From Alphaproteobacteria bacterium (GTDB lineage Bacteria; Pseudomonadota; Alphaproteobacteria; SP197): 64,000 nucleotides of DNA. Shown here one piece after another: positions 17,604 through 25,811 of the stretch; the first letter of the stretch is position 1; every line of letters starts with the position of its first letter. Made by a program: the position numbers and the translations under genes. The notes beneath the pieces are model-generated. The model saw nothing but the letters and a program-made list of their open reading frames with translations. It was not told where the DNA came from and did not search any database. The stretch is from NCBI GenBank assembly GCA_022823765.1, contig JAJEHK010000206.1:3984-67983 (forward strand). The letters are read 5' to 3'.

Positions 17604-18671
17604 CTATTCCGCTGCCTTCATGAAGGCGCGTGAATTCGGGAAGGCCGGCATCACTTCGTCGATGAACAGGCGCAACGAGGACTTCTGCAGTTCGAACGTC
17701 GGGCCGGTCACGCGATAGAGGAAATTGTCAACACCAAGGGCCTCGTAGCGGCGCAGCTTGGCGATCACCTCGTCGGGCGTGCCGAAGACGAGGTTGGTGC
17801 GCAGCATCTGGGGATCGTATTCGGCGACATTGTCGAGCGAGGCAAGATCGACCGCCTCGACAAAGCCATTCTTCACCTCGCCCAGTTGCTTGAACAGGTT
17901 CTCGAACTGCACACCGCTCCTTTGCACCGCCTCGACAAAGGGCTGCCAGCCGTGTTCGGAGTCCTGGTAAACGGCGGCATGGCGCATGGTCAGGAAGCGC
18001 GGCCTCGGGATCTCCGGAACCCGCGCCAGCGCATCCTCGAACTGTTGCCTGTACTTCTCGACCTCGCTGAAGGGACGGGTCAGCGCCCAGGACATGATGT
18101 TGCACCCCTGGGTGAGGGCCCAGTCGTAGGTCGAGGGATGGCGCGCCGCGACCCACAGGGGGGGATGGGGCTTCTGCAACGGCTTGGGACAGGCGGTCGC
18201 TGAAGGGAAGGACCAGAATTCGCCGCAGTGCTCATGATCGCCGGCCCACAGGCCCTTGAGCACCGGCAGCATCTCCTGCATGTAGGCGACCCCCTTGTGC
18301 TGGTCCATGCCTCCCATCATGCGGTCGAATTCACGCTGATAGGCGCCGCGACCGATACCGAACTCCACCCGTCCACCCGACATGAGATCGAGCAGGCCGA
18401 CTTCTCCGGCCACCTTGATAGGGTGCCAGTAGGGAGCCTGGACCACGGCGATTCCGAGGCGGATCTGGTCGGTGTTGGCGCCGAACCATGCGAGCAGCTG
18501 GAAGGGGTTGGGCGCAATCGTCATCTCGATCGCATGGTGTTCGGCAGCCCAGACGATCTCGAATCCCCCCGACTCGGCCATCTGCACCATGTCCATGGCG
18601 TGGCGGGCGACATCCCGCATGTCGATCGACGGGTTGTCGCGGGCAAGATCGATCGAAAGACTGAATTTCAT
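17604..18671 (-). CDS. LLM-class flavin-dependent oxidoreductase (luciferase-like monooxygenase)
   Basis: Luciferase-like TIM-barrel sequence features across 355 aa. Confidence 0.75.
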   Translation of the reverse strand: MKFSLSIDLARDNPSIDMRDVARHAMDMVQMAESGGFEIVWAAEHHAIEMTIAPNPFQLLAWFGANTDQIRLGIAVVQAPYWHPIKVAGEVGLLDLMSGGRVEFGIGRGAYQREFDRMMGGMDQHKGVAYMQEMLPVLKGLWAGDHEHCGEFWSFPSATACPKPLQKPHPPLWVAARHPSTYDWALTQGCNIMSWALTRPFSEVEKYRQQFEDALARVPEIPRPRFLTMRHAAVYQDSEHGWQPFVEAVQRSGVQFENLFKQLGEVKNGFVEAVDLASLDNVAEYDPQMLRTNLVFGTPDEVIAKLRRYEALGVDNFLYRVTGPTFELQKSSLRLFIDEVMPAFPNSRAFMKAAE

Positions 18672-18769
18672 GACGCCTACCCCTTGTCGTTGACACCGGA
18701 TTCTACGCGAGGATCGATCCCGGTGATATCGCGATGGCGAGGGACGCCCCGGCGCCCCTTGCCCGGACC

Positions 18770-19654
18770 TCAGGCCGCAGCGAGCCCGAGTTTCTGGCGC
18801 GCTTCGGCCGCGCCGACGACCCGCCCGCCCATCATCTCGATGATCCCGGCCGCCTTCTCGACCAGCTGGCCGTTGGTCGCCAGCACCCCGCGCTTCAGAT
18901 AGAGGTTGTCCTCGAGGCCGACCCGGACATTGCCACCCAGCAGCATGGCCTGGGCAACCATGGGCATCTGCATCCGGCTGATGCCGAAGCCCGCCCAGTT
19001 GGCTCCCTGGGGCAGGCAGTCCGCCATCGTCATCATGGAGCGCGTGTCCGCCCCCGCACCCCAGGGAATGCCGAGGCAGACCTGGAAGAGGGGCGGGTCC
19101 TCGATGAGTCCCTCGTCATACATGGCGCATGCGAGACGAACCTGGCCGAGATCGAACACCTCGATCTCCGGCTTGACCCCCATCTCGCGGATGTTCGACG
19201 CCATGGTGCGGCACCAGGACGCCGGGTTGACGTAGGTCTCGTTGCCGTCACCGAAGTTGATGGTGCCGCAATCGAGAGAGCAGATCTCCGGGCGCAGACG
19301 ATCGACATGGCGCAGCCGTTCGAGGGGGCCGACGATGTCACTTCCAGGACCGGGGCGGGACGGATTGTCGTCATCAAGGTTGAAGTCGCCGCCCATGCCC
19401 GCTGTCAGGTTGAGAATCACGTCGACGCCATCCTTGCGGACCAGGTTGACGGTCTCCTCGAACAGGTCGGGATCGCGCGAGCCCTTGCCGGTCTCGGGAT
19501 CACGCACGTGGATATGGGTGACCGCGGCGCCCGCATGGGCCGCCTCGATCGCCGCATCGGCGATCTGGCGCGGGGTCACCGGAACCTTGTCGCTCCGCGA
19601 AACCGTATCCCCGGCGCCGGTGACGGCGCAGGTGATGATGACGTCCGTGTTCAT
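18770..19654 (-). CDS. BKACE family enzyme (3-keto-5-aminohexanoate cleavage / dehydrocarnitine cleavage enzyme-like, DUF849)
   Basis: [18 protein letters not shown]-terminus and an overall TIM barrel typical of the BKACE family. Confidence 0.8.
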   Translation of the reverse strand: MNTDVIITCAVTGAGDTVSRSDKVPVTPRQIADAAIEAAHAGAAVTHIHVRDPETGKGSRDPDLFEETVNLVRKDGVDVILNLTAGMGGDFNLDDDNPSRPGPGSDIVGPLERLRHVDRLRPEICSLDCGTINFGDGNETYVNPASWCRTMASNIREMGVKPEIEVFDLGQVRLACAMYDEGLIEDPPLFQVCLGIPWGAGADTRSMMTMADCLPQGANWAGFGISRMQMPMVAQAMLLGGNVRVGLEDNLYLKRGVLATNGQLVEKAAGIIEMMGGRVVGAAEARQKLGLAAA

Positions 19655-19689
19655 GAATGTTCCTCCAGGTCAATGAATGGGCTGAATGG

Positions 19690-20643
19690 TCAGAAACCGG
19701 CCTCGCGGCGGGCCTTCAGAACTCCGACAAGTCCCTCGTTCATCTTCGCCGACAGCGTCCGGAAGTCCTCTCCCGGGGCGGCCGCATCACAGCCGTCGAT
19801 GAGGCGGCGAGCAAGATCATCGGTGAGTTCAGGCGCATCAAGGCGACTCCACGGAAACTTCAGTGCCGGCCCGAACTGCTCCAGGCAATAGGCCATGCCA
19901 CCTTCGCCGCCGCCGACATGGAACACCATGCACGGTCCCATGAGGGCCCAGCGCGGTCCGGGACCATTGGTCACCGCCGTGTCGATCTGCTCCACCGTCG
20001 CCTCTCCGGCCGCGATCATGTGCAGGGCCTCGCGCCAGATCGCTTCCTGCAGCCGCGTGGCGATGAATCCGGGAACCTCGCGATCCATGACAAGGGGGGC
20101 CTTGCCGACGTGGCGAAAGAACTCTGCCGTCCAGGCCACCGCGTCCGGATCCGTCCGGCGGCCAGCGACGATCTCGACCAGAGGCATGAGATAGGGCGGA
20201 TTGAAGGGGTGGCCGGTGACCGTGCGCTCCGGCGACGGACAGAGCGCCTGGATGTCGCTCATGGAAAGACCCGAGGTCGAGGAACACAGGACGACGTCCG
20301 GTGGCGCCAGACGGCCGAGATCGGCGTAGACTGCCTGCTTCACCTCGAGGATTTCCGGAACGCTCTCCTGCACGAAGTCGGCCCCGGCTACTGCTGCCGC
20401 CAGATCGGTGGTGACATGCAACTGCCCGGGCGATGCGCCCTCTGTTGTTCCGAGCTGTTCCAGGGAGCTCCAGGCCGTCGCCACCAGGGAGCGGAGTTTC
20501 TCCTCTTCCTCCGCCTCGAGAACCCATGACGTCACGTCATGGCCCGTCGCCAGGAAGAACGCCGCCCACCCGGCGCCGATCGGCCCGGCGCCGAGGCAGG
20601 TGACGGCCGAGACGTCCTGTGGCTGTGGCCGGCCCATCGTCAT
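19690..20643 (-). CDS. 3-hydroxyacyl-CoA dehydrogenase family protein, L-carnitine dehydrogenase (LcdH)-like
   Basis: Rossmann motif CLGAGPIGAGWAAFF plus a C-terminal 3HCDH domain. BKACE partners are typically this type of dehydrogenase. Confidence 0.75.
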   Translation of the reverse strand: MTMGRPQPQDVSAVTCLGAGPIGAGWAAFFLATGHDVTSWVLEAEEEEKLRSLVATAWSSLEQLGTTEGASPGQLHVTTDLAAAVAGADFVQESVPEILEVKQAVYADLGRLAPPDVVLCSSTSGLSMSDIQALCPSPERTVTGHPFNPPYLMPLVEIVAGRRTDPDAVAWTAEFFRHVGKAPLVMDREVPGFIATRLQEAIWREALHMIAAGEATVEQIDTAVTNGPGPRWALMGPCMVFHVGGGEGGMAYCLEQFGPALKFPWSRLDAPELTDDLARRLIDGCDAAAPGEDFRTLSAKMNEGLVGVLKARREAGF

Positions 20644-21440
20644 CTGCCCAGGAAAACCGGCTGACGCCGTTCAACGAAGGCGCTGATGCCTTCCTGAGCG
20701 TCATCGGAGGCCAGCATCCGCCGGTAGAGGGGGAGGTCGGCCGAGCGCATGGTCCTGAAGGCGCCCTCGACGGTCTCGCCCTCGATGGCCCGAAGCACTT
20801 CCTTGACCGCGCCCAGTGCCAGTGGCGCGCCGGTGGCGAGGCGTTCGCCCCAGTGGCGGGCCTTCGCCATGAGCTGGGCGGCCGGGACGACAGCGTTCAC
20901 CAGTCCCAGCTGCCGTGCCTCGTCGGCCTTCATGCGGCGGCCGAGCAGCAGCATTTCCATGGCGACATTGGTTGGCAGGCGCCGTGGCAGGCGTTGCAGG
21001 GCTCCGGCATCCGGGACAATGCCAAGGGGGAGTTCGGGCAGGGCAAACTCCACGTGGTCGGCAGCTATGACGAGGTCGCAGGCGAGCGCAATCTCGAATC
21101 CGCCGCCGATGGCATGGCCGTTGAGGGCGGCGATCACCGGTTTGTCGAGATTCCACATCTCCGTGATGCCGGCGAATCCGCCAAGCGAGGCGTCTTCCGT
21201 TTCCCACCAGTTGTCCAACTGCTGATCGCCGCTCTCGAGAGCCTTGAGGTCCCAGCCAGCCGAAAACAGGCGGTCTCCGGACGCCGTGAGAATCGCCGCC
21301 CTGAGGTCGGGATCATCACGAAAGGCGACGAAGGCCTCCCCCATGAGGCGGCTCGTGGCGCGGTCGATGGCGTTGACCTTCGGCCGGTCGATCGTGATTT
21401 CCAGCAGCCTTCCGCGCCGCTCGACACCAATTCCTGCCAT
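20640..21440 (-). CDS. Enoyl-CoA hydratase/isomerase (crotonase) family protein
   Basis: Crotonase fold with the oxyanion region ALNGHAIGGGFEIALACD. Confidence 0.85.
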   Translation of the reverse strand: MAGIGVERRGRLLEITIDRPKVNAIDRATSRLMGEAFVAFRDDPDLRAAILTASGDRLFSAGWDLKALESGDQQLDNWWETEDASLGGFAGITEMWNLDKPVIAALNGHAIGGGFEIALACDLVIAADHVEFALPELPLGIVPDAGALQRLPRRLPTNVAMEMLLLGRRMKADEARQLGLVNAVVPAAQLMAKARHWGERLATGAPLALGAVKEVLRAIEGETVEGAFRTMRSADLPLYRRMLASDDAQEGISAFVERRQPVFLGR

Positions 21441-22183
21441 CAGATCAGCCGGGCCGGCGTATAGGAGGCACGGGCGGTGCCGATGGCCTCGGCAAGATCG
21501 AGGCGGCCCAGGAAAAGCGCCCTGCCGATGATGCAGCCGCCGATGTTCGGCAGGTACTTCAGCATCGAGACATCGTCGATGCTGGTGACCGTACCGCTCG
21601 AGATCACCGGCACATCGAGAACCTCACCCATGCGCATGGTCCGGGCAAGACTGTAGTCCCTTGGTTCCTTGTCGCGGTCGAGATCGACAAAGACGATTTC
21701 CGAGATACCGGCCTCCACCAGGCTCTTCGCCATTTCCGTCGCCGGAAAGGCGGTTTCCTCTCGCCACCCCTCGATGACCACCATGCCGTTGCGCGCCGCC
21801 ACGGTGGCAATGATACGGTCGGGGTAGGCCGTGCAGGCGTCGGTGACGAGGTGCCGGTCCTTGACCGCCGCCGTCCCCAGGCCCACGCGCCAGGCGCCAT
21901 GCTCGAACCACCAGTGCACGGACCCGATGGAGCGGATGCCGCCTGCAACCTGGACCGGAATGGCAACGCTGTCGATGATCCGGCAGATCTGCTCGGCGTT
22001 GTGTCGCCCGCCCTGGAGTGTCCCGTCGACATCCACCACGTGGAGACAGTCCGCTCCGGCGTCGGCGAACTTGCGGGCGGCATCCTCCGGGGAGAGATCG
22101 AAGGGTTCGGGAGTTTCGTGGCGGCCATCCACGCGATTGACCGCCTTGCCTCCCATGATTTCGATTGTGGGGTAGATTTTCAT
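21440..22183 (-). CDS. HisA/HisF-family (ProFAR isomerase-like) TIM-barrel protein, outside any his operon context
   Basis: MKIYPTIEIMGGKAV, VQVAGGIRS, SSGTVTSIDDV and GCIIGRALF align to the HisA motifs IPALDL.DG, VQVGGGVRS, SGGIG..DDV and GVIVGRAL. Confidence 0.7.
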   Translation of the reverse strand: MKIYPTIEIMGGKAVNRVDGRHETPEPFDLSPEDAARKFADAGADCLHVVDVDGTLQGGRHNAEQICRIIDSVAIPVQVAGGIRSIGSVHWWFEHGAWRVGLGTAAVKDRHLVTDACTAYPDRIIATVAARNGMVVIEGWREETAFPATEMAKSLVEAGISEIVFVDLDRDKEPRDYSLARTMRMGEVLDVPVISSGTVTSIDDVSMLKYLPNIGGCIIGRALFLGRLDLAEAIGTARASYTPARLI

Positions 22184-22241
22184 GGTCTCGAACCGCATCC
22201 GGCTGGCGCCATCATAGGCGAGAATCGCCTCCCGGCGCGAC

Positions 22242-22643
22242 TCAGGATGTCTCGTCGAGTGGCCTGAACGCGATGACCTCGATCTCGACGCGAACATCGA
22301 CCAGAAACTCGGAGATGAGCGCAGAGCGGGCCGGCGGTTCCTCGGGAAAGTACTCCGCATAGACGGCGTTGAATCCGGGAAAGTCTGCGCGATCCGACAG
22401 CCACACCATGGCCTTTACCACGTCGCCAAGAGTGCAGCCCGCTTCCGTCAGGGTCTCGCGGATCGCCTCGATGACGACCCGGGTCTGATCCTCGATGGTG
22501 CCATGGGTCATCGGCTTTCCGTCCTCAAGGGGGACCTGGCCGGTCAGGAACACGAAGTCCCCGGCCCGGATGGCGCGGGAAAGCGACAGGACCCGCCCGC
22601 CGATCGAGAGCGGCCCGCCGATCACCTGTTTCGTCGTCGTCAT
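22242..22643 (-). CDS. RidA/YjgF family protein
   Basis: Start MTTTKQVIGG, a typical RidA of about 133 aa. Confidence 0.75.
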   Translation of the reverse strand: MTTTKQVIGGPLSIGGRVLSLSRAIRAGDFVFLTGQVPLEDGKPMTHGTIEDQTRVVIEAIRETLTEAGCTLGDVVKAMVWLSDRADFPGFNAVYAEYFPEEPPARSALISEFLVDVRVEIEVIAFRPLDETS

Positions 22644-22746
22644 CTTCACAGGTCTCCCCTGGTGTGGTGCGTGACACTGTGGGGAGTTGCGTTCCATGTG
22701 CAAGCCTGTGTTGAATGACCGGCGTCAAGGAAGGGGACCGGGGACC

Positions 22747-24231
22747 ATGGAAGAACTCAGGCACTACCGCATGCTGATCGACGGCGCATGGGTCGATTCC
22801 GGGGACGGCGGCACCTTCGACAGCATCAATCCGGCGACCGGCAAGGCCTGGGCCACGGTCGCCGCCGCCACCGCGGACGATGTCGACCGGGCCGTAAGGG
22901 CGGCACATCGCGCCTTCACCAGTGGTCCCTGGGCAACCATGCTGCCGACCCAGCGGGGCCGCCTGTTGCGCAATCTTGCCGGCCTGCTGGCCGAGCGTTC
23001 GGAGGACCTGGGCCGGACCGAGTGCATCGACACCGGAAAGATGTTCAAGGAGACGCGCTGGCAGGCGCGCTACATCGCCGAGTTCTTTCATTTCTACGCG
23101 GGCCTTGCCGACAAGGTAACCGGCGAGACCCTGCCCATCGACCGCCATGACATGCTGACCATCACCACGCGCGAACCCCTGGGCGTCGTGGCCGCCGTCG
23201 TGCCGTGGAACAGCCAGCTCTTTCTCGTCGCGGTGAAGATCGGACCGGCGCTTGCAGCCGGCAACACCGTTGTCCTGAAGGCCAGCGAACACGCCTCGGC
23301 CGCCATGCTGGAGTTTGCCGAACTCGCCATGGAGGCCGGATTCCCGCCCGGCGTGGTCAACGTCGTCACCGGCCATGGCGAACCGTGCGGACGCACTCTG
23401 ACCACCCACCCCCTGGTGGCGCGCATCAGTTTCACGGGCGGACCGGCGACGGCCCGTCATGTCGTCAGGAATTCCGCCGACAATTTCGCCGAAGTCTCCC
23501 TCGAGCTGGGAGGCAAGTCTCCCGTCGTCGTGTTCGGCGATGCCGACATCGAGAGTGCTGTCAACGGTTCCCTTGCCGGCATCTTCGGCGCCAGCGGACA
23601 GAGCTGCGTCGCCGGCAGCCGGATCTATCTCCACGAGTCGATTCACGATGCCTTCATCGACCGCCTGGTGGAACGGACCGGTGACATCCGCATCGGCGAC
23701 CCCCTGGCCGAGGAGACCCAGATGGGGCCGCTCTGCACCATGGCCCAGCTCGAGGGGTGCGAGCGCCAGGTGGCCCGCGCCGTGGAGGAAGGGGGCGCCC
23801 TGCTCACCGGCGGCAAGCGTCCGGACCATCCCGATACCGGCTGGTACTTCGAACCGACCATCGTGTCCTGCCCGGACCAGTCCATGGAGATTGTCGATAC
23901 CGAGATGTTCGGGCCGGTGCTCTCGGTGCTGCGCTTCAGCGAGGAAGACGAGGTGGTCGCCATGGCAAACGACACGCGCTACGGGCTGGCGGCCGGAGTC
24001 TTCACGCGGGACCTTGCCCGTGCCTTGCGTGTCCAGAAACGGATTCGCGCCGGAATCGTGTGGGTCAACACCTACCGCGTGGTGTCGCCCATCGCCGAAT
24101 TCGGCGGCTTCAAGGACTCAGGCTACGGGCGCGAATCGGGCGCCCAGGCAATCTACGACTATACCCGGCCCAAGACCGTGTGGATCAACACGTCTGATGA
24201 GCCGATGGACAACCCCTTCATCATGCGATAG
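22747..24231 (+). CDS. NAD(P)-dependent aldehyde dehydrogenase
   Basis: ALDH motifs ELGGKSP and FGASGQSCVAGSR (catalytic Cys) over 494 aa. Confidence 0.9.
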   Translation: MEELRHYRMLIDGAWVDSGDGGTFDSINPATGKAWATVAAATADDVDRAVRAAHRAFTSGPWATMLPTQRGRLLRNLAGLLAERSEDLGRTECIDTGKMFKETRWQARYIAEFFHFYAGLADKVTGETLPIDRHDMLTITTREPLGVVAAVVPWNSQLFLVAVKIGPALAAGNTVVLKASEHASAAMLEFAELAMEAGFPPGVVNVVTGHGEPCGRTLTTHPLVARISFTGGPATARHVVRNSADNFAEVSLELGGKSPVVVFGDADIESAVNGSLAGIFGASGQSCVAGSRIYLHESIHDAFIDRLVERTGDIRIGDPLAEETQMGPLCTMAQLEGCERQVARAVEEGGALLTGGKRPDHPDTGWYFEPTIVSCPDQSMEIVDTEMFGPVLSVLRFSEEDEVVAMANDTRYGLAAGVFTRDLARALRVQKRIRAGIVWVNTYRVVSPIAEFGGFKDSGYGRESGAQAIYDYTRPKTVWINTSDEPMDNPFIMR

Positions 24232-24242
24232 GCGCGCGAACC

Positions 24243-25694
24243 ATGGCCATCGTCATCACCAGCCGCAACGACCTCACTCTGGAAAACGCCCGGCGTGTGG
24301 CCTGGGAACGGGAGGGCGTCGAGATCGGCGCCGAGGCCCTGGCCGCCATGGAAGCAGGCCGCGAGAGGCTGATGCGCATCCTCGAGCATGACCCCGACGT
24401 CACCATCTACGGGGTCACGACCGGTGCCGGCCAGATGGCCAGGCAGAAGATCAGGCCGGAGGATCGCAGCAGCCACGCCCGCATGTCACCGACCGGCGCT
24501 GCCGCATCGTGGGGCGATCCCCTGCCCGACCGGGTGGTGCGTCTCATCATCCTCGCGCGCCTCACCAATTTCATAGAGGGTCACGCGGCCGTCTCCCCCG
24601 AGATTGCCCAGGGCGTTGCGTCAATGCTCTCGCAGGAAAGCGTGCCCGTGATCCCGGCGCGGGGCCAGGGAGGCGCCGGCGAGATTCTCTCGCTCAGCCA
24701 TCTTTTCGCACCACTCGTCCAATCGGTCGGGGCCGATGTCAAGGATGTCATGTGCCTCGTCAATGGGTCGCCGTCGGCAACCGGCCTCGTCACCGATGCC
24801 GCACTGACGGCCGAAGCCCGCCTCGATCTCGCAGCCCGGGTCATCGCACTGTCGTTCGAGGCGTTCAACGCGCCCCTCGGCCACCTCGCCGGAGCTCTGG
24901 AGGACTACTGGAACAATCCCTGCGATGCCTGGGCCCTGAGGACCATGCGGACACTCATCGACGGTGGCCATGGTGGCAGCCGCCGACCCTATCAGGCCCC
25001 GGTGAGCTACCGTATCGCGCCACGCATGCTCGGTCAGGCCCGGCGTGCCGTCGACCTGGCACGTGACGTGGCCGGTGAATCTCTCCGGGCCGTGACCGAC
25101 AATCCGGTGTGGATCGATGAACGCGACGAGGACCATCCCTTCGGACAGTTCGTGTCGACCGGCGGATACCACAATCCCCACGCGGTTCTCGCCATGGATG
25201 CCTTGACGGCGACATGCGCCAATCTCTGCGTCCTTGCCGAACGTCACGGCGCCAAGTTGCTTGACGGTCATGTCTCCCTGCTGCCCGACCAGCTGATCGA
25301 CCCCGACCGGGAAGGCGGCATCCGCCGGGGATACATGGGATGCCTGCCCATGGCGCAGACCGGCTATGAGGAAGAGGCCCGATATCATGCCCAGGCCACC
25401 CTGCTTCCGGGCAGCGAGTCGGGAGGATTCGGACAGAATGACGTGGCGAGTCCGGTGTTTCTCGCCTGGACCAAGCTGCAGCGCGCCAGTGAATGCCTCG
25501 ATCTCGCGCTCGCCAGTCTCGCGCCCATTGCCGTGAGGGCCCTGGACGTTACCGGACGCCGGGTCCCCGGACCGCTGAGCGGGATTGAAGAAACCGTGCG
25601 CGACGCGTTCCCGAACCTGGAGGAACGGCGCGCCTTCGGCCCCCTGGTGGCCGACGTCGCCACGGCGTTCCGCACCACCATTCATCCTTCCTGA
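24243..25694 (+). CDS. Aromatic amino acid lyase (HAL/PAL) family protein with a non-canonical MIO region (Gly-Ala-Gly in place of Ala-Ser-Gly)
   Basis: Overall HAL fold. The segment QGGAGEILSLSHLFAPL aligns to the HAL motif GSVGASGDLAPLAHMA, so the MIO-forming Ser is replaced by Ala. Confidence 0.65.
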   Translation: MAIVITSRNDLTLENARRVAWEREGVEIGAEALAAMEAGRERLMRILEHDPDVTIYGVTTGAGQMARQKIRPEDRSSHARMSPTGAAASWGDPLPDRVVRLIILARLTNFIEGHAAVSPEIAQGVASMLSQESVPVIPARGQGGAGEILSLSHLFAPLVQSVGADVKDVMCLVNGSPSATGLVTDAALTAEARLDLAARVIALSFEAFNAPLGHLAGALEDYWNNPCDAWALRTMRTLIDGGHGGSRRPYQAPVSYRIAPRMLGQARRAVDLARDVAGESLRAVTDNPVWIDERDEDHPFGQFVSTGGYHNPHAVLAMDALTATCANLCVLAERHGAKLLDGHVSLLPDQLIDPDREGGIRRGYMGCLPMAQTGYEEEARYHAQATLLPGSESGGFGQNDVASPVFLAWTKLQRASECLDLALASLAPIAVRALDVTGRRVPGPLSGIEETVRDAFPNLEERRAFGPLVADVATAFRTTIHPS

Positions 25695-25754
25695 GCAGGC
25701 GGGGCGCCCGACGCCTCAAGTGGGCCGGCGCACGTCCCGAATGGCGTCGGCGGC

Positions 25755-25782
25755 CTTGAAGTGCGGGAATCGTGGCCTACAT
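25755..25782 (+). promoter_or_regulatory. Putative sigma-32 (RpoH)-type heat-shock promoter upstream of htpG
   Basis: CTTGAA, then a 15-nt spacer, then CCTACAT. This resembles the alphaproteobacterial RpoH consensus CTTG-N17-CYTATNT. It lies about 30 nt upstream of the htpG ATG. Confidence 0.4.
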
Positions 25783-25811
25783 CAGGCCAAGGCTAGAGCG
25801 AGGCATCCAAC

